Positions 43,401-52,516 of a stretch of DNA of 64,000 nucleotides are shown in pieces. Each line of letters opens with the position of its first letter. Within the stretch, counting starts at the first letter, position 1. The DNA is taken from NCBI RefSeq assembly GCF_018977255.1, contig NW_024704742.1, forward strand, positions 78,556,001 through 78,620,000, given 5' to 3'. The stretch is from Callorhinchus milii. Its lineage: Eukaryota. Below the pieces are notes generated by a model. That model ran no database searches. It was not told the origin of the DNA and saw nothing but the letters and a program-made list of their open reading frames with translations. The position numbers and the translations under genes were made by a program.

Positions 43401-46400
43401 TTTCAGGTCTCGGCTAAAGACCTTTCTTTCTGACCGTGTCTTTCGTCACCTTCTTTCCCCTCCCACTGGCTCGGACCCGGGATCCGTTATTGTGAAGCGC
43501 TCTGAGATGCCATCTGGCACGGAGGGCACTATATAATAATAATAATAATCCTTGCATTTGATATAGCGCTTTTCACGTCGGGAGGACATCCCAAAGCGCT
43601 TCACAGAACACACTGTAAAGTGAATTGACTGTATATTTGTGGGCGAACGCGACAGCCAATTGCGCACAGCAATGTCCTACAAACAGTCGTAGATTGAAAA
43701 TGACCAATTTATTATTGTTTTTGGTTTTGGAAGAATTATTATTAGGCGTGTGGAGTAAGGAAACTTGCCCAAGGTTTCACCCTGCCTGGAATTGAACTCA
43801 GGTCTCTCGCTTGCAAAGCGAGTACTCTAATCACTGAGCTACAGGACTCCACGAATTTGTGGATCTACAGGACTCCACAAATCCAGTTGTTGATGTTTTT
43901 GTTTGGGTTCTGCTTCTGTGGTTATTTTATGTTGATGGCTTAATTGAAAATAAGAACTACTATTTATTGCAGCGATCAAAAGTTCAGCTTCCTAAGCAAT
44001 TGAGAATATCCAGAAGTCAGCAGATACACGACTGATATGATATGAATGGAACCAATCACCGTAAATGGAATACTGCAACTTTACCGCAGCCAATGTCCAG
44101 TTGTGCCTCTTAGCAATTAAACTTTCATATTGCTTTTAGTTTGTGCAAGTCTGGGTGCTGCAGGAGGAGGGGTGGCTGCACACCTTCACGGGAGGAAGAG
44201 CAGTGAAACTGGCTTGATGAACGTATGGGTAGAAATTCTGCCAGGGTCTAGATTCACTGTTTTTTAATGAACACCAAGGAGAGGGCATCCAGAATCTGGC
44301 AAATTCTTAAATGCTTCATTTTGAAGCTGGTTTTCTATAAATATTTGTATCAACTGCAGAGAAAACAAAATAACAGTAACTAGACTTCATAGTAAATCCC
44401 GTGAAATGCTTTCAGACATCCTCCCCATGTAAAAGGCAGCGTATTTAAAGCAAGGATTATTTTTGCTATTAAAAATAATGAAAAGTACCTTCCAATATGA
44501 AGATTGAATTTGCCAAATTCTGCATTTTCTGAAATTCCAAGATAAATCTAACCATAGCTGGAATTTCTCCCTATAATATAAATAAAAATATGCAACAGAT
44601 AAGGGTCCTTCCTATTTAATTCTCCAATAAGAAGCATGGAGCCAATGATATTGAGCCCTTTCCATTTGAGAAGATTTGTTGTGCGGGCCTACTTCTGATT
44701 TCATGTGTAAATACCACATCCACAGCTTATACCCTCATCTTATCTACAAGGCAATCAATGACAACAATTTGCACGTATTCAACATCCTTCACACAGGATA
44801 ATATCTCAGAGTGTTCTACTTTGGCGAGGGAGAAGGGAGAGGGTGTGGAGGTGACCATAGGTGTAGTAGAAGTGGTAGATCTTGAGGTGGGATTTAAAGA
44901 TAGATAACAAGAGAAAGAGGTCCAACATATTTAAATACCAAGAAAAGAAGAAACAACAACAAATTGGCTTTATATAGTGCCCTTCATGCAGGGTAGCATC
45001 CCGGAGCACTTCACAGTGGCTGAGTTTGACACTGAGTCAAGGAGAGAGGGAGTGGGGAGGTGACTGTAAGCAAAAAGGAAGGTCTTTAGGCAGGATTCAA
45101 AGGTGGGGAGAGAGAGACTTGATTGAAATTGAAGCATTTCATAAATCAACAATTGTGTGTTTGGTTGAATATAATAAAACAAACTCCAATGAACGTATCA
45201 AAATGATAGAAAAACATGAAAAACAGAAAAATAAATTTTCCATCATTAAAGAAACAATCAAAATCAAACAAGGTTATGACATCCATCAAAAAGAAATAGA
45301 AATAGCTCATCTGAACCAACAGAAATGGCACATGAAAAGTCCTTTTTTTAAAGGTCAATGAAAATTGACCTAAAAAAATGATACCTTGTAGAAAAAAATG
45401 GTCAATTTTCAAGAGAAATGAAAGAAAAAGGCGTAGCTATGAACCAAAGCTACAACTGGTGCACTAACGGGGATCTGAGAGCCAAAACTGAAGTTCTCAT
45501 AATATCAGCACAAGACTAATCTATCATATCCGTTATTATGAAAATAAGATCTTAAAGAGATACATTAATCCAAAATGTCATCAAGTACCAGAAACAGTAG
45601 ACCATATTATCAGCAGGTACAGCCTTTATTTAACACAATCAGAATATTTGATTTGACATAACAATGTAGCTAAATATATTCACTGGACAATTTGTAAACA
45701 CTTTGTTATTGACGTAAAAACCAACTGGTATGAACATCAACCAGCAAAAGTGACATCAAAAAATAACATTTAATAATCTGGAACTCATAAATACATACAG
45801 ATAAAATAGTAACCTGTAACAATCCAGATATTATCATAAACAACCAAACAGATTGTACATAAACAACCAATAGATTGCAGTATTATTGATGTGTCTATCC
45901 CGAGTGATTACAATGCGAGAGATATGGAATTACAGAAGATCAGGAAATATATTGATCTACAAATTGAATACAGACACATGTGACAGTATTGAACAAACAT
46001 AGTTCCTATAATCATCGATGCAAGTGGGACTGTTATTAAAACTATTTGGAAATGGCTTGACAAAACACCTGGTGAACAACAACAACAAGATTCCATTTAT
46101 AAAGCGCCTTTCACGTCAGGAGGACGTCCCAAGGCGCTGCACAGTTGGGTCATGACCCGAGCAGGGGGGAAATGGTCAGGGTGAGGGGAGGGAAGGGAGG
46201 GAGCAAGGAGGGGGAAGAGAGTCGAGAGGGGAGCTGAAGGCACGGTTAAAAAGGGAAAGGTTTTGAGACCGGCCTTGAAGGAGGAAAGGGAGGAAGCGGC
46301 GAAGGCACTGGGAGATGGAGTTCCAGAGCCTGGGGGCTGAGAGGCTGAAGGCCCGACCACCGATGGTAGGGCGGTTGGGGCGGGGGACGTGGAGCAGACC

Positions 46401-49400
46401 AGAGCCAGAGGAACGGAGGGTACGGGCAGGTAGGTAGGGGGATAGTAGGTTGGAGAGGTAGGAGGGAGCAAGGCCGTGAATGGCCTTGTAGGTGAAGACA
46501 TTAACTAACCTCCTGCAAAAAATATCTATTTTAGGAAGTTCAAATATATTAAGAAAAATTATATATTATGCGAATTGGCAGTGTTATTGATCTGCCTGAC
46601 CCATACTGAAAACCATTTAGAAATTTCCTATAAAGAATGAGTAAAACTGTAATAACATCATCATCATAATAATCATATTTACATTTATTACGGCACCTTT
46701 CATGGAGGAGCATATCTCAAAGCGCTTCACAGGATTTACTGTAGAGTTTCTGTGTGTTTTTGTGAGCAAACATGTGGGACTTGAACCCACAACCCTCTGA
46801 TTTAGAGGCAAAAGTGCAATTAACTGGGTCCATTAAAATCTTATAATAGTTTAGAAGATCACAAGATTGGTTCAGAAAAAGAAACCCCTTTGGCTCATTT
46901 GATCCCATCATCTAAATATCTACCTACCATCTTCTCACTACAAGAATCAAGCTGTTCTTATCAAATGAATCCAGTGTCCTGGCCGCAACCATCCTTCCTG
47001 GTAAACTGTTCCAGTTGTTAATTATCCTCTGGGTAAAGAAAAGCATCCTCGTCTCTCTCCGGAAATTGCCCTTTGCAACTCTAAACCGGTGTCCTTTTGT
47101 TCTACACTTTTGGTGCTTCCGAAAGTAGTTCAAACTTTTCAATGATGTTGAAATTCTGGTCAGCATTATGCCTAGCACTTTTGCCACTACACGATTTTAG
47201 TGGAGACATCCTATTAGTGCTCAACAGTGGCAAGGGCGCCAGATTCAAGTCAGACTAGAGTTTCAGCCCATGTATGTCCAGCAGGAGTACAATAGGAGTA
47301 ATAAATTCATGATGCTTCTGATCCTCTGTTTGCTATTAGCAACATCCCTATTGCTGAAATTAGTCTGGAAACAGTGATATTTTACAACATGATTCAATAA
47401 TAGTGACTCGGAGTCTCTAACAGGAAATTTTTGGGATATCCAGCATTACATCCTAACCGACTAGTGGGACCCTGCCTCAAAGGGCCAGAATTAAATCATG
47501 GGGAGCCTGCAAATCAGTCATCGCACACTTCTAGATATCCATTAGTCACTCTGAATCTTTTCACGAACTACCATTTTTCTGATTGTGTTGTTAGTGCTCT
47601 TCCACACTGCAATGCCAAAGTATTTCTGCATGTAATAATAATAACAATTTTATACTTGCATTCGATATAATGCCTTTCAGATCGAGAGGATGTCTCAAAG
47701 TCCTTCAGAAGATACACTGTAAAGTTTAGTGACTTTTATTTTGTAGTGTTTGTATGGATGTAACAGTGCAGTAACAGTGAACTGAATATAAGAACATAAA
47801 ATTGCTAGACGAAAGAAGTCCAAGGTTCATCCAGTTCGCCTTCCACCAACCTGGTAGTCGCATGCACATGTCATGTCCCAAATTATATACTGTATCCCAT
47901 GATATTATTTCCTAAAAGAAATCTATCGGATTTGCTTTTGAAAAAATTGACGCCACAACTTCCTAACATTTAAATAGGGCAATTTACACCTCCATAATGA
48001 GCAGTTAAAGATCTCTCAAAAATAATCATTAGCATGATTGGGATGAGGGGCCTGGAGTCAGTTAGTTTGATTTATTTGCTGGCTGAGAAGGAAATAGTAT
48101 CTTACAAATGCCTCCTGGCTGATGGCGGTATGTCACCAAAGCAATGAGTGAATACTATTGCAGAGCTGGAGTCAGAACATTCATCTATATTTAAAAGCCC
48201 TGCTCTCTCCTGGGTAATGATGAAAGCTGAAAACTGGTGTTTTTTTTTCAAAAAATACTAGCACGCACCAAGTTCCGAAATACTTTTTATCACTTTCCTA
48301 ATGTTTGACCCTAAAATCATTCTAAAAGGTACACTGACAGAGGAAACTATAATAAAGGAACTATAATAAACACATTAAGAGGCAACAGTAATGATTGTTT
48401 CATTGACTTCCAAACATTTCAGATTTTATACTCGGCACTTTTGAAACATGAATTAGAAACTAAAAACTGATCAATTTAATCTGAACAGACAGCAAGTACA
48501 CCACCCTTTAGACAGAAATTGAGATTATATTATAGTTAGACAATATAACTATGAAAAATCATTACCATTAAGAAGGATAAGGATTTGCTGCAATTAAAAG
48601 AAATTTTCCATCAATTTTCTCCCCTTTCCCTCAAAATGCTTCTCCTTATAGTGAAGGTACTGTTGGTATCAGGTGCACTGTGACACTTTACCCACATGGC
48701 TATTATTCATTGTTAGATTGCGATAATTGTGACAATTTAACTGTGTGAGTATCACAGCTGAAATTGATTTTAATTCTGGTTAGAATTAAACGTCTTGAAA
48801 CTCTATTGTTAGCCTGTGAGACCATTTTGTCTTTGAATATAAGATTGTAAAGAACTGTTGTCTTAATTTAGAAGCCACTTTCTACAGTTATTATGAAAGC
48901 AGGTTTTTAAATTAAGACTTTTTAAAACATAGCTGAAATTGTCCATGCAGAAGCACCTTCACGAAGGAGTAACTTGTTAGAGATAAATGGCTTATCTTCA
49001 AAGTAAATTATAAATGACTATAGGATAAACGACTATGTCTCTGATAGTGTGAGACACAAGACTTAAGTTTCTTTTATATTATGGCCTACGTCCTACAATA
49101 ACTATAATAAATACATTAAGAGGCAATGTTCTCCCAATGTGAAAGCGCTTTACAAATGTAATTTTGTTGTTGTTGTTGTTGTTGTCCTCAAATGGCTTCT
49201 TCTCCTGTGCAGTGTTCCTCAGTGTTCCTTGTCCCTCTCATCCTGAACTACATGCTCTCCTTTGGTGACCTCAGTCCATTTCTATATTATGCAGTTGACA
49301 CCTAACTCTGCCTTTCTACCTTCAACCTCAACTCTAGACCCTACCACCGTTCTGACATACTGACTGTCACACATCAAGCTCTGGATGAGTCTCATTTTCT

Positions 49401-52400
49401 TCCAATTCAACATTCACAAACCTCAAGCCATCTGCTTGGTTCCCATTAGCGGCGCCTCACTTTAGGTGCTAACCATGTCAACTTCTCAAGTCGCTCAGCG
49501 CAACTCACGGACCCTAGCATTTTATCTGACCGTCAGCTCTTCTTTAAATCTTTAATGCAGATTCCTACCAAATCCGTTTTCCTCCATTGCCACAACATTA
49601 TCCACCCGTGCAATTACCTCTCCCCAATCTAGCCCAAACCCTCATCCACCCCTTTGTAATTTCCATATTTGACTTTTCCAACAGTGTGCTCACTGGCCTC
49701 ATCAGCTCCATCTTCCACAAGCTCTGGACCATCCAGAAGTCTACATTCTCTCCTGCACTAAGCTCCATGAGCCTATCACCCCCATCCTTGCTCTCTATCA
49801 CTAGTTCAATTTAAGTGCAAATTATTATGATAAATAATAAATAATAATCCTTGCATTTGATATAACGCTTTTCACGTCGGGAGGACGTCCCAAAGCGCTT
49901 CACAGAACACATTGTAAAGTGAATTGACTGTATATTTGTGGGCGAACGCGGCAGCCAATTGCGCACAGCAATGTCCCACAAACAATCGTAGATTGAAAAT
50001 GACCAATTTATTATTGTTTTTGGTTTTTGGAGGGATTATTATTAGGCGTGTGGAGTAAGGAAACTTGCCCAAGGGTTCGCCCTCTGCCTGGAATTGATCT
50101 CAGGTCTCTCACTTGCAAAGCGAGTGCTCTAACCACTGAGCTACAGGACTCCACGATATAGTACTGTTATAGTTATAGTACTGTTATAGTACTATAACAT
50201 AGTGATATAGTACTGTTCACATAAAACATTTCGAAGTATTTTACGTAAGCAAGACCCTATGCAGGAAGGGAGATAAGGCTATGTTGTAGGTACTTAACTC
50301 AGATCTCAGAGGCTAATTTTCAACGATTGCCCTGATCGACTGAGATCAATGTTCAGCCCATCAAGCCTGCTCCCTCCACATTCTATGCAAAACATACTAT
50401 TTCATGGACTTCACCCATTCAACAAGAACAAAATTACATTTATTGAGCGCCTTTCGCATCAGGAGGACGTCCCAAACCCTCTAACCTCTGAGGGAAAGAA
50501 ATGGAGTCCCGTTTTGTAGTGGGTAGCGTGGGTAGTGGGTTCAATTACCAGCAAGGCAAAACCTTGCTCCACATGCCTCTGTTTACCAAGCAGTAGTTAG
50601 GGAGCCTGTTGTTAGTCGATTGGCAGATTACTTTCTGGGGATAATTAGCCCTTCAAAAATAATAATAAAAATAATTTAGTCACTCAATCCACAACTCTTT
50701 GTGGGACACTGCTGTGCTCAATTTCGCCCACCAAACATACAGTCACTACACTTTCAGTATATTCTGTCAAGTGCTTTGAAACGGCTCAAAGATGTGATAA
50801 GGTGCTATATCAAATGCAAGGATTATTATTATAGTTTTCACTTGACAGTATATTCGGTGAAGGGCTTTAAGATGTCTCAATGTCGTGATAAGGTGCTATA
50901 TCAAATGCTAGGATTATTATGATTACTTGCTATTGGAAGTACAAACATGCTTTCAGGCAGAAAGCGCTTCTGGAATACAGAAGTTTATTTATCTATCTCA
51001 TTGTTCTGGTGATGGTTTGCAATTTTCCCCTTCAGTCAAGCGCACCAGCCCTGATGTGATGTTAAATACACATCTCACCTTTTGATGTGCTGAGGAATTT
51101 TTGAAAGAATTTCTTGAACAAGACTCCACCAAGTGCTCAATTGGCCTTTTCTCTCCCCCTCCACCTGTGATGATTATTATTTGATGCTTTTATTTCACTG
51201 CTGAACAATCTGCTGGGCAGAATACTGCTATTCTGCCTGTCCACATTTTCCATTTCCATTAGCAAACTGAATAATTCTGGGTTAATAAATATAATATTAA
51301 TAATAATCCTTGTATTTGATATAGTGACTTATAACGACTTTGAGACATCTCAAAGCGCTTCACAGAATATATTGTGAAGTGAATTGACTGTATATTTTGT
51401 GGGCGAAACACGCAGCCAATTGCACACATCAGCGTCCCACAAATAGTCATTGATTGAGTAACCAAATTATTATTATTATTAGTTAGTTAGTTACATATGT
51501 ATTTATTCATCTGTATTTCTGTATTTCTATATTTTTGTATGTATGTATGTATGTATGTATGTATGTATGTATTTAGTTAGTTAGTTAGTTAGTTATTTTT
51601 AAGGGCTTATTACCCCCTTAATAATAAAAAGTAATGCAAGCTGAAGGGATGCAATTGAAAATATAAAGACACAACCATTGCATTCACAATATTTGGGGGC
51701 TATTTGAGCGAGAGTGATAGAGCTGCTCAATGGTTTAAAGCCACATTTCCCCCAGCTCGTGTTGGCAATTTGTTTGCTGTGCTGGAGCACCGTATACAAA
51801 TGACCAAATCATAAAATATTAATGAAATGGGATGAAGCTTCCTCATAACACGTGGATCCTGTTCTACTGGAGATCTTTCACACACACCCACCCACATACA
51901 CACACATGGTGGGGTCGTTTCATAACTTCACAATTTGTCCCAAGATTAATAAACTGGACTAATACACACAGAGTTGCATTGATTTATTTTCCTGATATGA
52001 GACAGACCCCGGGCTTCTAAAGAATATCCAAGCCAGAGGCAACTTTAAACAGAGAAACCCACACACTTCTGCATTCAGGGGCTCCACACAGTAAAGCAAC
52101 ACCAGCTTCAAATTACCCTCCTGATCCAAAAGGGGCAAAGGACCATATATTCCCACTCTTCGCTGGAGTGGTGACTTTTATTACAACACGAACTGTGACT
52201 ATCACGTCTTCTGATCCCTCCAGATCTCTGGTCCACACTAAGCCCCGCGTTGCACATCTCACCTCGTTATACCATTAAATGGTCCAGATTTCATGCAGAG
52301 CAGAGCAGCAGCACAGCACAGAGCAGCACAGAGCAGAGCAGCAGAGCAGAGCAGAGCAGCACAGAGCAGAGCAGCAGCACAGAGCAGAGCAAAGCGCACA

Positions 52401-52500
52401 GAGAGAGGATCAATGCACCAAACGCAAGGAAAGGTTAGCACTTACTTTGGCAGATGAGGAGTAGGAAGGATACTCTTAGGGTAAACGCCATCATCAGCAT
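1336..52500 (-). CDS. chrnb5: Neuronal nicotinic acetylcholine receptor beta subunit (beta2/beta4/beta5 group; best guess beta5, beta-2-like); full CDS span, 6 coding exons, 486 aa
   Basis: Exons of 55+146+45+110+952+153 nt join in frame to 1461 nt. The protein has a signal peptide, [10 protein letters not shown], the Cys-loop [16 protein letters not shown]1-M4, and no vicinal Cys-Cys in loop C (so non-alpha). Intron positions match CHRNB2/CHRNB4. Family assignment is very secure; the beta5 call rests on recalled sequence similarity and is less certain (about 0.65). Confidence 0.9.
1668..2102 (-). mobile_element. Old Deu-domain SINE (SacSINE1/AmnSINE-like), near full length
   Basis: tRNA-like head (gtgtcagcttagctcagttagtagcac...gggttcaagccc), a Deu-like core (ttggaggtg...cagatgagatgtcaaa) and the shared 3' tail. 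The family name is from recall. Confidence 0.75.
3190..4480 (-). mobile_element. Old degenerate L2 LINE (RT region), interrupted by a SINE
   Basis: Decayed RT-like motifs on the minus strand (AAF..DH, WFKFL); purine-rich plus strand typical of antisense L2. Confidence 0.65.
3322..3643 (+). mobile_element. tRNA-derived SINE, short subtype, full length
   Basis: A box TAGCTCAGTGG, Ala(TGC)-like anticodon arm, B-box-like sequence, body shared with many copies, L2-like stem-loop and (TTA)n tail. Confidence 0.92.
6185..6730 (-). mobile_element. tRNA-derived SINE, long subtype, with a nested L2 3' fragment (about 6328-6493)
   Basis: SINE tail and body, then a (CAA)n tail and L2 3'UTR, then the SINE body resumes with the long insert and head. 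Confidence 0.85.
7985..8185 (+). mobile_element. Older L2 3' fragment acting as target of the young L2 (continues at about 9694-9725)
   Basis: [11 protein letters not shown]-terminus. Its 3' tail resumes after the young L2 as 'gttaagagctccgagg...catgtgaa'. Confidence 0.7.
8186..9686 (+). mobile_element. 5'-truncated young L2 LINE (RT domain to 3' tail)
   Basis: RT motifs [39 protein letters not shown] and YADD, with a stop and frameshifts. Ends in a (TTG)n tail and is flanked by TSD TGCCACT (8179-8185 and 9687-9693). Confidence 0.95.
9730..10315 (+). repeat. Unclassified old interspersed repeat
   Basis: Homologous segments at about 22550-22830 (+), 32690-33070 (-), 40620-40830 (-), 41440-41790 (+), 12360-12490 (-) and 58590-58745 (-). 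Confidence 0.7.
10940..11250 (+). mobile_element. CR1 LINE 3' end
   Basis: CR1 ORF2 C-terminus ([17 protein letters not shown]) and a 3'UTR ending cctagtcctgtttctgtgttcc. Confidence 0.85.
11310..11630 (+). mobile_element. CR1 LINE 3' end (second family)
   Basis: [22 protein letters not shown] motif; related to 46855-47150 (-) and 62050-62510 (+). Confidence 0.75.
12870..13220 (+). mobile_element. Old Deu-domain SINE
   Basis: Core gctgcattgttagagatgccatccttcagttgagacattaaac...atggcactatttgaa, plus tail. Confidence 0.75.
13329..14280 (-). CDS. chrnb5: nAChR beta subunit coding exon 5 (Cys-loop, M1-M3, intracellular loop)
   Basis: Matches most of ORF 13221..14261. ctggatcag acceptor at 14281; 952 nt from (N)[12 protein letters not shown] to [14 protein letters not shown] donor at 13323-13328. 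Confidence 0.98.
14975..15386 (+). mobile_element. Two tandem 5'-truncated SINE copies
   Basis: Two body-plus-tail units, about 14975-15160 and 15178-15386. Confidence 0.88.
15803..15890. repeat. (CT)n-rich microsatellite
   Basis: Seen directly. Confidence 0.85.
15925..16013 (+). mobile_element. Probable hAT/Charlie-type DNA transposon terminus
   Basis: Ends gggccagatgtggccctctggctgcctgttggaccgcactg, similar to hAT subterminal ggccc repeats plus a TIR ending in CTG. The other end was not found. Confidence 0.4.
16419..16528 (-). CDS. chrnb5: nAChR beta subunit coding exon 4
   Basis: cag acceptor and GTAAGT donor; the typical 110-nt exon [36 protein letters not shown](N). Confidence 0.96.
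16658..16975 (+). mobile_element. tRNA-derived SINE, short subtype, full length, young
   Basis: Near-identical to the copies at 43534-43852 and 49833-50154 (reverse strand); CpGs retained. Confidence 0.94.
17815..18390 (-). mobile_element. L2 LINE 3' fragment
   Basis: [12 protein letters not shown] / HWLP / FKILV remnants and the L2 stem-loop tail. Confidence 0.9.
19960..20380 (-). mobile_element. Possible decayed PIF/Harbinger transposase fragment
   Basis: [17 protein letters not shown] resembles the Harbinger GFPxVxGAIDGTHVxIK motif, and an ATG..Q-like segment lies upstream. Judged by eye only. Confidence 0.4.
21373..21417 (-). CDS. chrnb5: nAChR beta subunit coding exon 3
   Basis: cttcctttccag acceptor and GTTAGT donor; the typical 45-nt exon [15 protein letters not shown] (loop D). 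Not in the ORF track. Confidence 0.96.
21465..21800 (-). mobile_element. L2 LINE 3' fragment
   Basis: (CAA)n tail, ttgcatttatatagc, LKIFLFD remnant. Confidence 0.8.
23264..23409 (-). CDS. chrnb5: nAChR beta subunit coding exon 2
   Basis: ttcttcttccag acceptor and GTGAGT donor; 146 nt encoding [48 protein letters not shown]. Confidence 0.96.
24015..24168 (-). mobile_element. 5' part of a long-subtype SINE, next to a CR1 tail fragment (about 23935-24015)
   Basis: Head and insert are present; the 3' body is missing. Confidence 0.8.
26590..26997 (-). mobile_element. Old Deu-domain SINE
   Basis: Same head-core-tail layout as 1668-2102. Further copies lie at about 2480-2780, 34660-35000, 37260-37620, 42485-42980, 55190-55370, 56460-56870 and 59560-59800. 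Confidence 0.72.
27380..28410 (+). mobile_element. Highly decayed CR1 LINE fragments (endonuclease end and 3' ORF2)
   Basis: PLG.SDHNVI motif near 27870-27900; [13 protein letters not shown]...[11 protein letters not shown] near 28130-28215. Confidence 0.55.
29262..29570 (+). mobile_element. tRNA-derived SINE, short subtype
   Basis: Head tagctcaatggttagagcactcgc, B box GGTTCGATTCC, shared body and tail. Confidence 0.9.
30113..31122. mobile_element. Two head-to-head L2 3' fragments (- strand about 30113-30475; + strand about 30490-31122)
   Basis: Each has its own stem-loop and (TTGTA)n tail; QNSAARVL and FKILILTFK motifs occur in the + copy. Confidence 0.85.
31215..31530 (-). mobile_element. 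L2 LINE 3' fragment
   Basis: [12 protein letters not shown]-terminus and tail. Confidence 0.75.
35741..36127 (-). mobile_element. tRNA-derived SINE, long subtype, nested in an older Deu-type SINE (about 35590-35740 and 36250-36470)
   Basis: Contains the ttcctacttactgctaggtaaacagag insert; the flanks are two halves of a Deu-like SINE. Confidence 0.85.
39820..40181 (+). mobile_element. tRNA-derived SINE, long subtype
   Basis: Head, insert tgtttacctagcagtaagtaggaacc, shared 3' body and (TTA)n tail. Confidence 0.9.
43534..43852 (-). mobile_element. tRNA-derived SINE, short subtype, inserted into an L2 3' tail
   Basis: Reverse complement of the 16658 copy; L2 tail sequence lies on both sides. 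Confidence 0.93.
45125..46565 (+). mobile_element. Decayed R4/Dong-clade non-LTR retrotransposon, 3' region (zinc knuckle and restriction-like endonuclease), split by an L2
   Basis: Manual translation gives [88 protein letters not shown], and after the L2, [15 protein letters not shown]. Confidence 0.85.
46077..46495 (-). mobile_element. Young L2 3' fragment, same subfamily as 8186-9686
   Basis: Near-identical reverse complement of about 9266-9686; GGTGAA repeated at 46071-46076 and 46491-46496. Confidence 0.95.
46855..47150 (-). mobile_element. CR1 LINE 3' end
   Basis: ORF 46924..47187 reads [35 protein letters not shown]. Confidence 0.85.
49190..49800 (+). mobile_element. Old L2 LINE fragment (RT C-terminal region)
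   Basis: Decayed YAVDT motif and [29 protein letters not shown]. Confidence 0.75.
49833..50154 (-). mobile_element. tRNA-derived SINE, short subtype, full length, young
   Basis: Reverse complement of the 16658 copy. Confidence 0.94.
50501..50925 (+). mobile_element. tRNA-derived SINE, long subtype (partly deleted head), followed by a second tail
   Basis: Insert tgtttaccaagcagtagttagg; two consecutive ...atcaaatgc..ggattattat tails. Confidence 0.8.
51295..51480 (-). mobile_element. 5'-truncated SINE
   Basis: Tail and 3' body of the same family. Confidence 0.82.
51468..51595. repeat. Compound microsatellite (TTA)n(TAGT)n(TATG)n(TAGT)n
   Basis: Seen directly. Confidence 0.9.
52295..52392. 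repeat. (GCAGA/GCA)n microsatellite at the start of intron 1
   Basis: Seen directly. Confidence 0.9.
52446..52500 (-). CDS. chrnb5: nAChR beta subunit coding exon 1 (signal peptide [18 protein letters not shown])
   Basis: gcaagATG context, 55 nt (18 codons +1), then a GTAAGT donor. Phase 1 joins exon 2 (A|CC = Thr), giving ...[17 protein letters not shown]. Hydrophobic signal-peptide pattern. Confidence 0.8.
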
Positions 52501-52516
52501 CTTGCTCCGATCTGCT

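Noticed and set aside
52250..52464. ORFs with EQSS/AALLC repeats
   Set aside because: They are translations of the (GCAGA)n microsatellite.
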